Source: Savitreella phatthalungensis
Lineage: Eukaryota
Direction of reading: 5' to 3'
DNA: 64,000 nucleotides
NCBI GenBank assembly: GCA_051599415.1
Contig: AP039704.1
Coordinates: 186,001 to 250,000, forward strand
The notes beneath the pieces were generated by a model that searched no databases, was not told the DNA's origin, and saw only the letters and a list, made by a program, of their open reading frames with translations. Below, one piece after another: positions 31,580 through 42,623 of the stretch. The position numbers and the translations under genes are program-made. Positions within the stretch are counted from its first letter, which is position 1. Each line of letters opens with the position of its first letter.

Positions 31580-33139
31580 ATGGTCGACACGTCAGGCGTG
31601 CTCGACAGCCACCGAAATACGCCGGGTACTAATCCGAAGCTCACAGAGTCAGTGTCGCCGCTCCGTCGCCAGGTAGCTGAATCTGCTCGTGCGGGACTCG
31701 CGCGTCAAGCATCGACACGCAGCGCACCAACGACGCCTAAGAGTCTCGATATCTTCGACAGATTTGCGCGGACACCTCGAGATCGGGCAGAAATTGAAAA
31801 CACATCTGTACTCAGCAACACCAGCAGCAATCTTACCAAAAGAACCTCGATCGAAGTCGAACGTGTCCGTGTATCACTGACAGATCCGCACAGAGACTTT
31901 ACAATTGGTAAGTGCATCGGTAAGGGACAATACGGCCGAGTCCATCAAGGTTATGACGTTGCGAGTGGAGAGCTTGTAGCGATCAAACGCATCGACCTCA
32001 TCCGAGATACTACAGCTCCCAAGACAGCATCTGCGTCGAAGAGTAAGGTCGCGATCGAGGAGATCATGTGCGAGGTCGAGATCCTTCGAGCATGCGCACA
32101 CAGGCACGTTGTTCGTTACATTGGGTTCACAACGATTGATCCAGGGCTTCTGGATATCGTGACCGAGTTCGTGGAAGGAGGCTCGCTTGCAGATGTCATT
32201 CGGCAGTTCGGTGTCCTCGGCGAAACACGCTCGCTGAGCTATAGCTGGCAGATCCTCGACGCGCTCGACTACGTCCACGGCCTCGGGATCGTCCACTGCG
32301 ATATCAAATCAGCAAACGTATTGGTCACTAAGCGCGGTTGCTGTAAACTCTCCGACTTCGGTGTCTCCATCAAGGTCGATGGCGAGACAACTGTCAAAGG
32401 CCTAGTCCAGGGAACGCCAAATTGGCTGGCTCCGGAGATCATCACCTTACGTGGCACCTCGAAAGCGAGCGATGTGTGGGCTGTCGGGTGCTGCATCATC
32501 GAGATGTTGTCCGGACAGCCTCCGTATGCGAAGCTCAACGCAATGACAGCCATGTTCAAGATCGTCGAGGATGATCACCCACCGCTGCCGAATACAATTT
32601 CTTCAGAGTTGCGCGAGCTCTTGCTCAGTATGTTTGACAAGGAGCCAAGAAGACGCCCATCAGCGCATGCACTCAAGCTGCGACCGGTGCTTGATCGCCA
32701 TCGGCTACAAGAGTTGCCTCCCCCGAATTCGATGGGCGAGATAGGGCCACAAATAGACCTTGCTGCTGTCCTACCGCATCCTCGCAAACCAAACTTTCAG
32801 TCGGCACCACGGCCGGTTCTCGGCATCCACAAATGGAGCAAGCTTAAATTGTCCGATAAGGGCATGGAATGCGCGCTGTGCCGGGAAGCACTTTGTGGAA
32901 AGGCACGGGTTTGCGGGCAATGCCGATCCTTTGCTCACCCGCGATGTGTCATAGAAAGGCGTAGCTGGTGCGTGGCTGTGGCGAACCAGGTGGAACCACG
33001 CAGAAGCATCGTCACCGCCAGCACGCTCGACTTCGATGCGGAGAAGCGGGCTGCTCAAGCGGCTGCGAAAAGTCGTAGACGCAATCTCCTCAAGAGCATA
33101 CTGCCGTGTCTAGCGGCCTGTCGGAACCTCAGGTCTTGA
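31580..33139 (+). CDS. STE-group (Cdc15/Cdc7-like) Ser/Thr kinase with C-terminal C1 zinc finger
   Basis: GKGQYG, VAIK, HCDIKSANVL, DFG, GTPNWLAPE, AMFKIVEDDHPPLP. C1 pattern H-x13-C-x2-C-x10-C-x2-C-x4-H-x2-C-x7-C. Confidence 0.88.
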   Translation: MVDTSGVLDSHRNTPGTNPKLTESVSPLRRQVAESARAGLARQASTRSAPTTPKSLDIFDRFARTPRDRAEIENTSVLSNTSSNLTKRTSIEVERVRVSLTDPHRDFTIGKCIGKGQYGRVHQGYDVASGELVAIKRIDLIRDTTAPKTASASKSKVAIEEIMCEVEILRACAHRHVVRYIGFTTIDPGLLDIVTEFVEGGSLADVIRQFGVLGETRSLSYSWQILDALDYVHGLGIVHCDIKSANVLVTKRGCCKLSDFGVSIKVDGETTVKGLVQGTPNWLAPEIITLRGTSKASDVWAVGCCIIEMLSGQPPYAKLNAMTAMFKIVEDDHPPLPNTISSELRELLLSMFDKEPRRRPSAHALKLRPVLDRHRLQELPPPNSMGEIGPQIDLAAVLPHPRKPNFQSAPRPVLGIHKWSKLKLSDKGMECALCREALCGKARVCGQCRSFAHPRCVIERRSWCVAVANQVEPRRSIVTASTLDFDAEKRAAQAAAKSRRRNLLKSILPCLAACRNLRS

Positions 33140-33287
33140 GCGAGATGTTCCGTCGGGCCCTCTATTTCTTGGACAGCACCTCGGCGTTACGCATTATACT
33201 GTGGCTCGAGGCGTTTAACAATCCATTCTCTGCACGCTGCATGTTCAAGACTGCAGAGCCGTAGGCTAAAAATTCCGCTGTATGTGA

Positions 33288-34283
<996 letters not shown>

Positions 34284-34377
34284 TGGCGTGAATATGAATA
34301 CAATTAGATGGAGACGTTGAGTTCTCAAAGGTCATCGTCAGACGATTGCTGGTTACGTGGTACGTTATGATACAGTG

Positions 34378-35574
34378 TTAGCGCCACTCGAAGCTGCTGA
34401 ATTGACGTTGGTCAGATTCAGGTGCAGGATCAAGGGAGAGCTGCTGATAGAGTTCTGAATTGCGATGAAAGTACATGCCGGAGATGGTTCCGGTGGACTG
34501 GTCGAGGCAAATGTAGTAGAAGCCGGAGAAGGATACGCCATCAAGACTGTTTGTGGCACGACCGAAACGCGAAGACACTGGATTGCCGCCTGCGAGCGAG
34601 CTTCGCCTTACATCGACTGTCGGAGGCGGCCCGAGCGGTGATGCGTAAGGATCGTGAGAGGCTGTGCTAGCCGTTGGTGTCATGTCGATTGCCGAAGGAG
34701 ACCGCGACGCCACAAGTCCAGCTTCGTCGGGCGGAACGACAAGGAGCTCTTTCCAACGCATGAAGATATGGCCCTGTCCGACATGAGCACCGTTCCCTTC
34801 CACCACAGCGGCGATCGGGTTTGTGTAGGACGTCGTCGCGGTCGATCGAATCCGGCCGTCACTCTGCATGATGTCCGCACTGTCCATCGCGGCCTTGGCT
34901 GCAGCATTCCTGTCTGTAGCTTCCAGAGCCTGTCGCTCCTTCTCGCGCTTTCGCTGGCCGAGGACGATGTTCTTAAAGGCTGGAAAGCGCGCCCAGTGTT
35001 CAACATCGATGGTTTCTGTTGTTCCCCATTCGGGTCTTTTGGTGATGAAGCTGTACTTCGGGCCGACAACTTCACCCTCGAAATAGGTCGTCAAGGTGGG
35101 ATGCTCCTCGCTGAGACCAGAGATACGAAGGTAGCCGCATAGAAACGAGTCTGCCATGTCGACGTGTTTGAGCTCGACACCGACCTCGTAAGTCGCCCTG
35201 CCGCTCTTTTGCGTACCTACAAAGCGAGCACCAGGTCGCAGGAACGAGAGCTGCAAAGGACGGAGTCGTTTTGCAGACAGGGAGGAAGTCGAGAGATGAT
35301 GTGGCAAATACCAATCGCGTGCATGTTGCACCTGATGATTCTGCTTTGAAATATGCTGCGAACGTCTTGTACGAGGTCGTCGACCTCGTGCCTTTGTCGC
35401 ATGGTCTGAAGAAGGCACACAGAGCTCGGCCGTGTTACCACCAAAGTCTTCTGCTTCGATGGTAACGGCTTGGTTAACTTCCATCAGAGCCTCATCCGCA
35501 GCTGTCAATGTTGTCGTTAATCTGTCATGGCCAACAGAGGCATATGCTGATGCATGCGGGACTGTTGTCGGCAT
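34378..35574 (-). CDS. VID24: GID complex substrate receptor Vid24/Gid4 (start uncertain)
   Basis: SFLRPG.RFVGTQKS, FLCGYLRISGL, LTTYFEGEVV, HWARFPAF, FMRWKE, SFSGFYYIC, GMYFH.NSE.YQQL. First in-frame ATG is at 35574 (MPTT), but the frame is open to 35952. Confidence 0.9.
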   Translation of the reverse strand: MPTTVPHASAYASVGHDRLTTTLTAADEALMEVNQAVTIEAEDFGGNTAELCVPSSDHATKARGRRPRTRRSQHISKQNHQVQHARDWYLPHHLSTSSLSAKRLRPLQLSFLRPGARFVGTQKSGRATYEVGVELKHVDMADSFLCGYLRISGLSEEHPTLTTYFEGEVVGPKYSFITKRPEWGTTETIDVEHWARFPAFKNIVLGQRKREKERQALEATDRNAAAKAAMDSADIMQSDGRIRSTATTSYTNPIAAVVEGNGAHVGQGHIFMRWKELLVVPPDEAGLVASRSPSAIDMTPTASTASHDPYASPLGPPPTVDVRRSSLAGGNPVSSRFGRATNSLDGVSFSGFYYICLDQSTGTISGMYFHRNSELYQQLSLDPAPESDQRQFSSFEWR

Positions 35575-36697
35575 CGACTCAGGTACGACAGCAGCGGAGG
35601 ACGTGGTGTTTGATGCGGGCAATGTTGGCTGAAGCGCGATCAGGAGAGCGGCAGTTGCACTTCGTATGAATGCACGATGCGGCAGCGCTCCTAGAGAGAG
35701 CAGTTGACCAGAGCGCGCACGTGACGTATCAGAGCCGTTTGTCCGGACAGTGGTCGCGCGTGCAAATAGAGATGAAGAGGATGAGGATGATGAAGACGAT
35801 GACGTTGAGGTCGACGGATGCGAGACTGAGGAATGCTGACTCGGGTCGGCGTCGACCGAGGGAGGTGAAGATGGCGCTGGCGTGATGATTGACGACTTCG
35901 AATCGCTCGCACAATGTGACTGGCTGTCGCACTGTAGTGGCGATTTGGAGACTTAGGCGAAGAGTCCTTGATCACGTTTTTTTAAGGGCCTGTTGTGCGC
36001 TGTGGTTGTGGTGATGATTGTGGTTGTGCGCGTGACAAGGTGTATGTGCGTGGGTGGAGTGATCGTGTATGTGGATGAAGTTGTGATATGTGCGTGTGTG
36101 TGGGCAGCAGATAGGCTTCTATCGCATACGTCAAAGTAAATTAAGTATTCGTGTAATAACTAGAATTTGAAGCTATCGGCGTCTTCTACAAAGAAATCAC
36201 TTGTTCACGGTGAAGTCAAATTTATAGATCCTCAGCCTTCCCACTAAAGTAACTTTGATTTTAGTATATGTTGCAGGGCTTCTGTCGCCTGATCGATCAC
36301 AATCTGTGCATCCGATCAAGCTCTTAGACTTACAAACTCTAACGTAGCATTCAGATTGTGAACACGTGCATGAATATTGCGCATGATCGATGAAGTCATC
36401 CATCCATCCATCCATCCATCCCTTCATCATGCATGCAAAATTCAGATAAAATAAAATCAACAATATCTGATCAAATCAATTCAATCTCTTAACTGATACC
36501 TGATTATGTCCTAAAGGTCGACATGCATTGATCATGATCACCTGTCAATCCCAATTAAGTACAACACAGCTGACCGTGCACATTGAATTACACGCGCGTA
36601 CGTATGCTAAATTGTGCATACACATGTGCATGCAGTCATCCGTTCGAATTCCGCCCTCCATGATGATCATCTATTCACTTCTATGAAACTCGAAGAC

Positions 36698-36757
36698 ACT
36701 CACTCATTCACTCACTCACTCACTCACTCACTCACTCCCTCGCTCACTCACTCACTT
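36698..36757 (+). repeat. (TCAC)n microsatellite upstream of SSK2; similar tracts at 1153-1190 (opposite strand) and 18901-18955
   Basis: cactcactcattcactcactcactcactcactcactcact. Confidence 0.9.
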
Positions 36758-37101
36758 ACGAGTGGCTCATCAGAAACAATACAATCAGCAATCCAAGCTG
36801 TCCGACGTGCGACAAACCGATCGCTTCAATCGGTATCAATCGCAGGTCAAATTGAAGGATCAACATCTATCGCGCTTCCTCTCTTCTGTAACATTGCATC
36901 AGCATCAGAACAACGTTGGGCACGATCGCCGGCACAATTCTTCAGCTCGACGGCGACACAGTCTGACTAGCGAAACGGATATCATCAGCTTGGCCAGATG
37001 ATCGGCAGTCTTTAGTTCTGGCATCGGCAGACTCAGACGACTCAGTGCGCGGAGAGGATCACGGAGAGGATATCGGTGAGGATCAAAATACTTCGGACGG
37101 C

Positions 37102-40100
37102 ATGGACGGAAAAGTGCGCTTTCACGAGCCTGGCGCAGAACAAACCGTTCTCGCCGGGCAATCGATGGAGGACTTGTCACTCAGACCGCGTCGACGCAGC
37201 AGCGCTAGCATAGTCAAGCGCGACTCATCTGCTTCCGTCGCCCACGGCAACAGTAAAAACGATCACGGTAACGGATTTGGGCAGGAAAGTGGAACCGGCG
37301 CATTCGAGCTCCGCAACAGTGCAGAGGGAGACATAAATAATCGCGACCAAAGAGCCTGGGAACTTCGCAATGCTATCGAAGAGAACCCTGTGCACTTTGT
37401 GCACACGGCGCTGTCGCCCCGACCATCCCTGGCCGGGCCACTGGACTCCAACTCTACCTTGTCTTCATTTACGAGCAGGAGTGAATCGGCCTCGCCGGGT
37501 GAGCTGACGCCCAGATCAAGCTCGCAGGACTTACGCACGTCGTACAGTACTGGTTCTCTCTTCCGTTCGGGCAGACAAGCTTCTTTCAACAGTGGTAGAC
37601 AGACGCCTTCACCGCGACCATCCATTGATGCATCAGGCCGGCCAAGCTATGCCTCGACTCGCTCTACGAGAAGCTCCTATGCCGGTCGGATTGCTTACCA
37701 GGCTCAGGAAAGAGCATATGTACAAAAGCTACAGAACGAGCCTGGAGACGATTACTATGCCGCTGGACTCGGCAAAAATGATCTTCAGGCGGATGACGGC
37801 GAGGAAGAAGATGAAGATGATTTGCTTGGCGGTGACGAGCTAGATGCATTCGCTGGAAGCTATGAGGAGATGGACATGCGAGTCCAGTCGCCCACAGATG
37901 ACTACATGTCGAGCATCAGCCATGCTCTCCAGGAAGACCTCGCTCATCCGCAGAATCGTGCAAGATTAGAGTGGTTGACAATGCTTGCATCTGTGCTCAC
38001 TGGAGATGTCGTGCGGTCTGAGAAGAAACGCATCAGTGGCACAGTCGGCACGATCGATGAAGGTCAGGCCATGTCTGAGATCTGGTATGGCCTCCGAGCG
38101 AAGCTCGCAAGACGTTCCCTGGCAAATCAGAAGCGTATATTCCAGGACGCGCGCGCTGCACTGGACCCAATATTAGAGAGCGTGACAAAGTTCCAGATTC
38201 GCGGTCGTGATGTTACATCTCTGACGCCTCGCGAGCAGGTCTCCGAGATCCTCGATCAGATCGATCGATGTGAGAACCTGTTTCCTTCACACGCACAAAT
38301 GGTGGCCGCCAAACCGATCGTTGCGACTGAGCTCTTCATCAAGAACTTCAGCGCCCTCACCTCCTGGCACTCCGTCACAAACGCTATTCACACCCAACTC
38401 ACAATATTGCGCAAGTGGACTGGCAACGACGAGCTCGACATTACACAGCCAGGGTCCAATACAGATGAGTCAGCCCCAGGCACTGGTCTCAACGAAGAAT
38501 CCTTCATCGAGCGTGTTTTGAAGGAGAACGGTTTGGAGACGTTGTTTCAGAAGCGCAGTCTTGGCAACATCGATCTCATGATGGTGAGAGCTAAGACAAC
38601 AGTCATCGAAAACTCCACGACCTTTGCAGCGATGCACCTTCCAGCGTACCTCGATGAACTCCTGCTGCTCATCAACTTCCCGACAAAGCTCATCGAGGAG
38701 GCGCTCAGACTGCGTCTCGTGTTTGCGAAGCGTTTGGAAGACCCGACCATGGTGATGGTTGACCAGATGATTGAGGACTTCGTCCGTTTGCTCGAGGTAG
38801 CTGTGGCCATCAAGAAGCAGTATATGAAGACAACCGCACCAGAGCCCGGATGGCAGCTGCCGCCTTGTATAGACGAGAACTTCGACAGCGTCGTGCTGCA
38901 GGCGATTGAATTCTATTTCAGGCTGCTGCATTGGAAACTCGGGTCTGACGCACAAAACCACTTCAAAGAAGCTGAAATTCTAGAGCAGGAGTACGACTTC
39001 CTAGATCGGATGGCTCAATACATCGAGGGCGGCGCGACTCTTGTGGCCGAGCAATTCACCACACTCACCTACAAGCTCATTCATCGCGTGCTACAAGCCT
39101 TCAGGGAAGGGCTGGCAGGCCCGCCCACAAGAACATCCTCTGAAATGCATAAGCACTTCTCTCAGCTCCTCGAAAATACACGTCTTCGTCACCGCAAGCT
39201 CCTCCGTTTTTCCAAGTCGCTTAGTATGAGGTTCGAAAACTCGACAGAATATCTCGTTGACAATGTTCGAGCATGGACAGATCTGGTCGCCGTCCTTGCA
39301 GACACAAGCCACGTCTTCGCATATACGGCGTCTGTTGAGCAGGACGGTATGTATATTATCGTTGATCCGTCATTAGCAGCCAAGCCGGAACTCATTCGAG
39401 ATATCCTGAGGACTTGCGCGCGTCCCACGTCATCGCAAGAACAGGATTTGGACGCCGACCTCTATGGTCAGTATGTGCTCGTGATGAGCCCTCCAGAAAC
39501 GCTCAGCTGGCCAGGCCAGGTGATGGAAATTTCCGTCCCCGAGACCAGTTTTGATATTCTGCCGGGCCGCATCTGGCTGGTCTCTGACGGCTCGCCCAAA
39601 CATCTGCAGGCGGCGAATCTGACGTTCAGTCAGCTTTGTGGCGACCTTGTGAGTGTCGGTGTGCAACGCAGATCACACTTGACACGAGTCAATCGAGAGT
39701 TGCGCAAAATCCATCGTGTCTCCTACAGACTCTCCACTGCGATCATGGACAGCGTCGCCACCATCCGCGAGGTCGTCAAAGGTCTTGGAAACGAGGAACT
39801 CGTGCAGACGAGCTTCAGCTTCGCCACAGAGTTCGGTCAACGTGCCTTGCGATTCATGGATAGACGCCTGCGCTCACAGCACAACATCAAACTCATTCAT
39901 ATGGCAATTGACTGGGTGAGCTTCATCTGCGACGACTGCGATCCTGTCGATCGGCGGACATTTAAGTGGACTGTAGTTGCACTGGAATTCGCTATGATGA
40001 TGTCGCGCGGGCGCAACATCCTCGTGGTTCCGGACGAAGCCTTCAATCGTTTGAGATCCAAGGTCGCTCGTTGCATGACCTTGCTGATCTCTCACTTTGA

Positions 40101-41460
40101 TATCATGGGTGCAAGGAGCGCTGCTCAGAGTGAGCGAGAAAAGAAGGAAGACGACAATGGGAACGACAAGTTCGAGGAGTTGTATGATTCGCAAGGGCGA
40201 CCAATTGATCAGGACATGATTGGCAAAGTCCGAGAAGGCTTGCTCAATAAGCTGGATGAGCTCGAGACGAAGCGCAAGCAACACCAGCAAGAACTTCAGA
40301 TGGCGGGCAAGGTGCTCGATGATACAATAAGCGAAAATCGCAGCCTCATGTACCTCGCCTCTTCGCTATCAAATATCACCATGCGCTGGCAGCAGGGCCG
40401 TTTCATCGGGTCTGGCACGTTCGGCAGCGTCTATCAAGGCGTCAACCTTGACACTGGTGAGCTGATGGCAGTCAAGGAGATCCGCCTTCAAGATCCGCAT
40501 TCCATCTCGGGCATCGTCAAATCCATCAAGGACGAGATGACTGTGCTCGAGATGCTTAATCACCCCAACATCGTGACTTACTACGGAGTTGAGGTGCACC
40601 GCGACAAGGTGTATATCTTCATGGAATTGTGTCAGGGCGGCTCACTTGCCTCGCAACTTGAGCACGGGCGCATTGCTGAAGAGACCGTGGTGCAAGTCTA
40701 CACGTTGCAGATGTTGGAAGGTCTCGCTCATCTTCATGAGCGAGGTATCGTCCATCGTGACATCAAGCCTGAAAACGTACTGCTCGATCACAATGGCGTT
40801 ATAAAGTACACCGACTTTGGTGCCGCCAAGGTGATCGCGAAAAGGGGCAAGACCAAGGCACTTGCTCAGACAAAGGCCAACAGTATGACCGGCACGCCGA
40901 TGTATATGTCACCTGAGATAATCAAAGGTGATGGCAAAGGACGACAGGGAGCGATGGACATTTGGGCACTCGGTTGCTGTGTGCTCGAGATGGCCACAGG
41001 ACAAAGACCTTGGAGCCATCTGGACAACGAATTTGCCATTATGTACCACATCGCCGGCGGCCACTCGCCGGCCATGCCATCGCACGACCAGTTATCAGAG
41101 AAGGGACAGGAATTCTTGGAGCGATGTTTTACGGTTGACCCGTTGACCCGCGCGTCCGCTGTGGAATTGCTCAACGATCCATGGATGATTGATATCCGCC
41201 AGAATACTGGCATGGCAAGCACGTTCGAAAGGCAGCTCACAATTTCGTCGTCCTCGAGCACAGCTCCAGGCACCTCGTCAGGTCAGCTCACCGGCATGTC
41301 TACCGGCTCGACCATCATCGGAGAGGGTACAGGTCGGATATCGATCGGGACCTCGACGGGTAGCGTGATGACGACGCCAGTTCTCAAGGAGGAGTCCTCG
41401 AATGAGACTGTCACGGATCAGACCGATGGGGACACGACTGTCCGACTGGACCAAAAGTAG
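37102..41460 (+). CDS. SSK2: Stress-activated MAPKKK (Ssk2/Wis4/Win1 family)
   Basis: RLEWLTMLASVLTGDVVRSEKKR, CMTLLISHFDIMGAR, RWQQGRFIGSGTFGSVY, MAVKEIR, HRDIKPEN, DFGAAK, GTPMYMSPE. First ATG is at 37102. Confidence 0.95.
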   Translation: MDGKVRFHEPGAEQTVLAGQSMEDLSLRPRRRSSASIVKRDSSASVAHGNSKNDHGNGFGQESGTGAFELRNSAEGDINNRDQRAWELRNAIEENPVHFVHTALSPRPSLAGPLDSNSTLSSFTSRSESASPGELTPRSSSQDLRTSYSTGSLFRSGRQASFNSGRQTPSPRPSIDASGRPSYASTRSTRSSYAGRIAYQAQERAYVQKLQNEPGDDYYAAGLGKNDLQADDGEEEDEDDLLGGDELDAFAGSYEEMDMRVQSPTDDYMSSISHALQEDLAHPQNRARLEWLTMLASVLTGDVVRSEKKRISGTVGTIDEGQAMSEIWYGLRAKLARRSLANQKRIFQDARAALDPILESVTKFQIRGRDVTSLTPREQVSEILDQIDRCENLFPSHAQMVAAKPIVATELFIKNFSALTSWHSVTNAIHTQLTILRKWTGNDELDITQPGSNTDESAPGTGLNEESFIERVLKENGLETLFQKRSLGNIDLMMVRAKTTVIENSTTFAAMHLPAYLDELLLLINFPTKLIEEALRLRLVFAKRLEDPTMVMVDQMIEDFVRLLEVAVAIKKQYMKTTAPEPGWQLPPCIDENFDSVVLQAIEFYFRLLHWKLGSDAQNHFKEAEILEQEYDFLDRMAQYIEGGATLVAEQFTTLTYKLIHRVLQAFREGLAGPPTRTSSEMHKHFSQLLENTRLRHRKLLRFSKSLSMRFENSTEYLVDNVRAWTDLVAVLADTSHVFAYTASVEQDGMYIIVDPSLAAKPELIRDILRTCARPTSSQEQDLDADLYGQYVLVMSPPETLSWPGQVMEISVPETSFDILPGRIWLVSDGSPKHLQAANLTFSQLCGDLVSVGVQRRSHLTRVNRELRKIHRVSYRLSTAIMDSVATIREVVKGLGNEELVQTSFSFATEFGQRALRFMDRRLRSQHNIKLIHMAIDWVSFICDDCDPVDRRTFKWTVVALEFAMMMSRGRNILVVPDEAFNRLRSKVARCMTLLISHFDIMGARSAAQSEREKKEDDNGNDKFEELYDSQGRPIDQDMIGKVREGLLNKLDELETKRKQHQQELQMAGKVLDDTISENRSLMYLASSLSNITMRWQQGRFIGSGTFGSVYQGVNLDTGELMAVKEIRLQDPHSISGIVKSIKDEMTVLEMLNHPNIVTYYGVEVHRDKVYIFMELCQGGSLASQLEHGRIAEETVVQVYTLQMLEGLAHLHERGIVHRDIKPENVLLDHNGVIKYTDFGAAKVIAKRGKTKALAQTKANSMTGTPMYMSPEIIKGDGKGRQGAMDIWALGCCVLEMATGQRPWSHLDNEFAIMYHIAGGHSPAMPSHDQLSEKGQEFLERCFTVDPLTRASAVELLNDPWMIDIRQNTGMASTFERQLTISSSSSTAPGTSSGQLTGMSTGSTIIGEGTGRISIGTSTGSVMTTPVLKEESSNETVTDQTDGDTTVRLDQK

Positions 41461-41556
41461 GGATCAATGTGCAGATGTTCTCATTACAATCATGATCATG
41501 CAGTGCATGGTAAATAGTATAGCTTGTCGTCCGTCATGCAGTCACTCCTGATTGCT

Positions 41557-42153
41557 TTACTTGGCTGTTGCTGCCTTGGCAAGTTCGAGTGCCCGATTGA
41601 GGTACCAAACATCACCACGACCCTTGGCCACAGTGAGAATATCTTGAAGTATCCCTGCTCCTGCGCCGACCAAAGTGCCCAACCGTACAGTTCGACGTGT
41701 GAGCTGTCTCGAGAAACCGTGCTTGCGACTCAGCAGCCAAGCGGTCGTTCCCGCAGCCAACATCGTCGAGATGAAATCTACAGGAGGCTTTGATTGGTCC
41801 TCAGGAGCTCTTGTGATTTTATGGACGGCTGCACGAGTGACATCGACGCCGGCTTCCAATCCGGCAAACAATAATGTCCAACCGGTCGTCCGCCACGCAT
41901 ATCTGGCGCCTCCTTTGAGGCCGCCCCACATCACTCGATAGTTCTTCGTTTTGTGGTAGAAGTACCATCCTTGATGCGTACGTGGCAGTCGGTGTGCATT
42001 CTCAGCAAGGAATTGGTACGATGTTGTCTTTGCGCCTTGAAAGAGGCCGATTCCAAAGCATGTTGCACCCGTGAGGGAGGAGAGTAGGGCAAGTCTAGTC
42101 AGTAGAGGCGTATCGAAACGATCTCTTGCATGGACCGCAATGCCTTCATGCAT
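41557..42153 (-). CDS. Conserved fungal small membrane protein of unknown function
   Basis: Motif FLAENAHRLP....GWYFYHKTKNY recalled from uncharacterised fungal proteins; Gly-rich hydrophobic helices. Confidence 0.7.
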   Translation of the reverse strand: MHEGIAVHARDRFDTPLLTRLALLSSLTGATCFGIGLFQGAKTTSYQFLAENAHRLPRTHQGWYFYHKTKNYRVMWGGLKGGARYAWRTTGWTLLFAGLEAGVDVTRAAVHKITRAPEDQSKPPVDFISTMLAAGTTAWLLSRKHGFSRQLTRRTVRLGTLVGAGAGILQDILTVAKGRGDVWYLNRALELAKAATAK

Positions 42154-42623
42154 CGCAAGCAAACCTTCCTAGTATTGGTTCCCTCTTGCAACGTCGAACA
42201 CCTGCCAAGGAGCCTGTTTCTGGATGGCTTGCGAAGCCTTTGGCCCTCTATCGAGCAGATGCTGTTCCCTTCTCGTTAGATCGGCCCAGAGATTGTCAGC
42301 CGTAGATTCATCAGGCGCGCGTACGTAAATTGCTTGTATGACCCACGATTTATTTGCAGATGTGTGCGGCTTGCACAGCGACATATCCGTACCAACGGAC
42401 GTACATGCACATGCATCTACTGACGCAGACAGCAGCACCTCTCTTGTCTCATGAATCTTGCGGGCAGCCAAGTCTAGTCTAGGACACAAAGGTGCTCTCG
42501 GCAGGACCCCCATTCGTACACATTTGCTTATGGGCCTCTGATATCAGTGCATGTGATCTGATGGACGTAAAAATAGCACCGAAGCGCTGGATGTTTCTGT
42601 TCTGCGTCATGAGCTAGTCATCT

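Noticed and set aside
36635..36660. GTTCGAATTCC resembling a tRNA T-loop/B-box
   Set aside because: Flanks do not pair into a T-stem and no cloverleaf is found.
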